Shown piece by piece: positions 59,675 through 64,000 of a stretch of DNA of 64,000 nt (position 1 is the first letter of the stretch; every line of letters begins with the position of its first letter). The DNA comes from the human T2T-CHM13v2.0 reference genome, Homo sapiens. The translations under genes and the position numbers were made by a program. Under the pieces are notes generated by a model, which saw only the letters and a program-made list of their open reading frames with translations, made no database searches and had not been told where the DNA came from. The stretch lies in assembly GCF_009914755.1 (NCBI RefSeq), contig NC_060935.1. One strand, given 5' to 3'.

Positions 59675-60315
59675 ACCAAGAACCTGAAGCCTGTACCCAG
59701 AGGCCTTGGACTAGACGAAGCCCCAGCCAGTGGCAGAACTGGGTCTCTCAGCCCTGGGGATCAGAAAGGTGGGCTTGCTGGAGCTGAGCTGTTTCACTGC
59801 CTCTCGCAGGCCCCAGCTGGCTGTCACTGTAAAGCTGTCCCACAGCGGTCGGGCCTGGGCCGTTATCTCCCCACAACCCCCAGCCAATCAGGACTTTCCA
59901 GACTTGGCCCTGAACTACTGACGTTCCTACCTCTTATTTCTCATTGAGCCTCAGGCTATACTCCAGCTGGCCAAGGCTGGAAACCTGTCTCCCTCAGGCT
60001 CACCTTCCTAAGGAAAATGTCATAGTAGGTGCTGCTGGCCCCTGGTGATCCAGCTTCTCTGCCAATCATGACCTGTTCCTTCCTGAAGTCCTGGGCATGC
60101 ATCTGGGACCCCCGTGGAGCTGACAAGTTTTCCTTGCTTTCCTGATACTCTTTGGCGCTGACTTGGAATTCTAAGAGCCTTGGACCCGAGTGTGTGGCTA
60201 GGGTTGCCCTGGCTGGGGCCCGGTGCCGAGACTCCCAAGCGGCTCTGTGCAGAAGAGCTGCCAGGCAGTGTCTTAGATGTGAGACGGAGGCCATGGCGAG
60301 AATCCAGCTTTGACC

Positions 60316-60321
60316 TTTATT
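60316..60321 (-). terminator. PPP1CA: PPP1CA polyadenylation signal AATAAA
   Basis: tttatt on + strand about 330 nt past the stop codon. Confidence 0.8.
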
Positions 60322-60502
60322 CAAGAGACCAGATGGGTTGCCCCAGGATCCGGCTGCCAGCCCTGAGGCCAAGCACGGCTGGAGACCCACGACCTGGCCT
60401 GCCGTTGCCCTGAGCTGCAGCCTCGGCCCCAGGATCCTGCTCACAGTCACCGCAGGTGCAGGCAGGAAGCAGCCCTGGGGGACTGGACGCTGCTATTGAT
60501 TC

Positions 60503-60508
60503 ATTAAA
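60503..60508 (+). terminator. RAD9A: RAD9A polyadenylation signal ATTAAA
   Basis: First AATAAA/ATTAAA hexamer I found on + after the stop codon. Confidence 0.7.
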
Positions 60509-60649
60509 AAAAGAAAAGAAAAATACACCAAGGCTCCATGTTCCCCGTGACAGGTGGGCCTGAGGGGTCGGGGTGACCCCCCCCCAGCATGGCAGCATGA
60601 TTTCTGTACAATCAATCCATCATCTGGGGCACAGGGTGGTGTGCGGGGG

Positions 60650-60760
<111 letters not shown>

Positions 60761-60788
60761 CTAAAAGAGACAGTGTTGGTCAGGCTCA

Positions 60789-61297
<509 letters not shown>

Positions 61298-61475
61298 TCA
61301 CTTCCTCAAACAAGGACATCCTCCCTCCAGGAAGCCTTGGCCAATGAACCCCACCTTTCCCACCACCCTCCTGGTCCCGCCACTGGTCTCCTGGGCGCCT
61401 AGACAGGCAGAAGTCATCCCCTTCCCCTCAGCTTTTTCAAGTTCCCAAACAGGCACAAAGGCATCCCTGCCCTCA

Positions 61476-61910
<435 letters not shown>

Positions 61911-61949
61911 TCAGCCTTCCAGGAGCAATTCTAGTTACTTTTTATTTTA

Positions 61950-62370
<421 letters not shown>

Positions 62371-62768
62371 GCCAGAAGTAATTCTAAAGCACCCGAGTCC
62401 ACTGGAAACTAAGTTCCAATCTGGACCAGCCTCAGGGTTGGCACTCCTCGCATGCCCCCACCCATGAGCCGGGCCAAGTCCAGGTCTGGTTTATCTCAGC
62501 TTCTGGACAGCAGAGCCCATCTGCAAACATCCTAAGTGCTTAGTAGCAAATGTAGGGGGAGTGTCACCAGGCAGGGCCCTGGGGGAAAGCACTAGAATCC
62601 GGGCAGCCCTTCAGTCAGCAACCATTCCCCAGACCCCATGCCAGGAGGGGCAGGGCAGGCACGAGAACGGACCTGGGCCCCGCCTTCGTGGAGCGCACAG
62701 TCTATCAAGTGTCTGTCAGATATCAGGCCAATGTGAAGGTCCCACTGAATGGCAAAGAGTGCGGTTCA

Positions 62769-63071
<303 letters not shown>

Positions 63072-63150
63072 CTAGACCTGAACCCAGGGCCAGGACTGCG
63101 CTCAAGGGAGGAGGGCTCCAGGAACTCTGTGGGGTCCAGTGCCACTTTTA

Positions 63151-64000
<850 letters not shown>

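Overview
Human genomic DNA, recognisable from the encoded proteins as the chr11q13 POLD4-CLCF1-RAD9A-PPP1CA locus. Four complete multi-exon genes were reconstructed by hand with GT-AG junctions and lengths that close exactly: POLD4 (-, 4 coding exons, 107 aa), CLCF1 (-, 3 exons, 225 aa), RAD9A (+, 11 exons, 391 aa) and PPP1CA (-, 7 exons, 330 aa). RAD9A and PPP1CA overlap tail-to-tail. The window also holds a tailless 7SK retrocopy with TSDs, a truncated U6 retrocopy in RAD9A intron 5, three CpG islands, more than 40 Alus, and L1/L2/MIR/CR1 remnants. Nearly all other ORFs in the track are Alu or GC-rich artefacts. The most interesting inferred system is a phase-compatible CLCF1 exon 1 to POLD4 exon 2 read-through splice. 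It would produce an 80-aa Pol delta p12 lacking its PIP-degron, driven by the cytokine promoter. Other highlights are a helically phased CLEAR/E-box array at the RAD9A promoter, poison splice donors in POLD4 and RAD9A, and inverted Alus around RAD9A exons 4-5. Exon coordinates are base-checked; repeat boundaries are approximate (about +/-10-20 bp) and subfamily calls are by eye.
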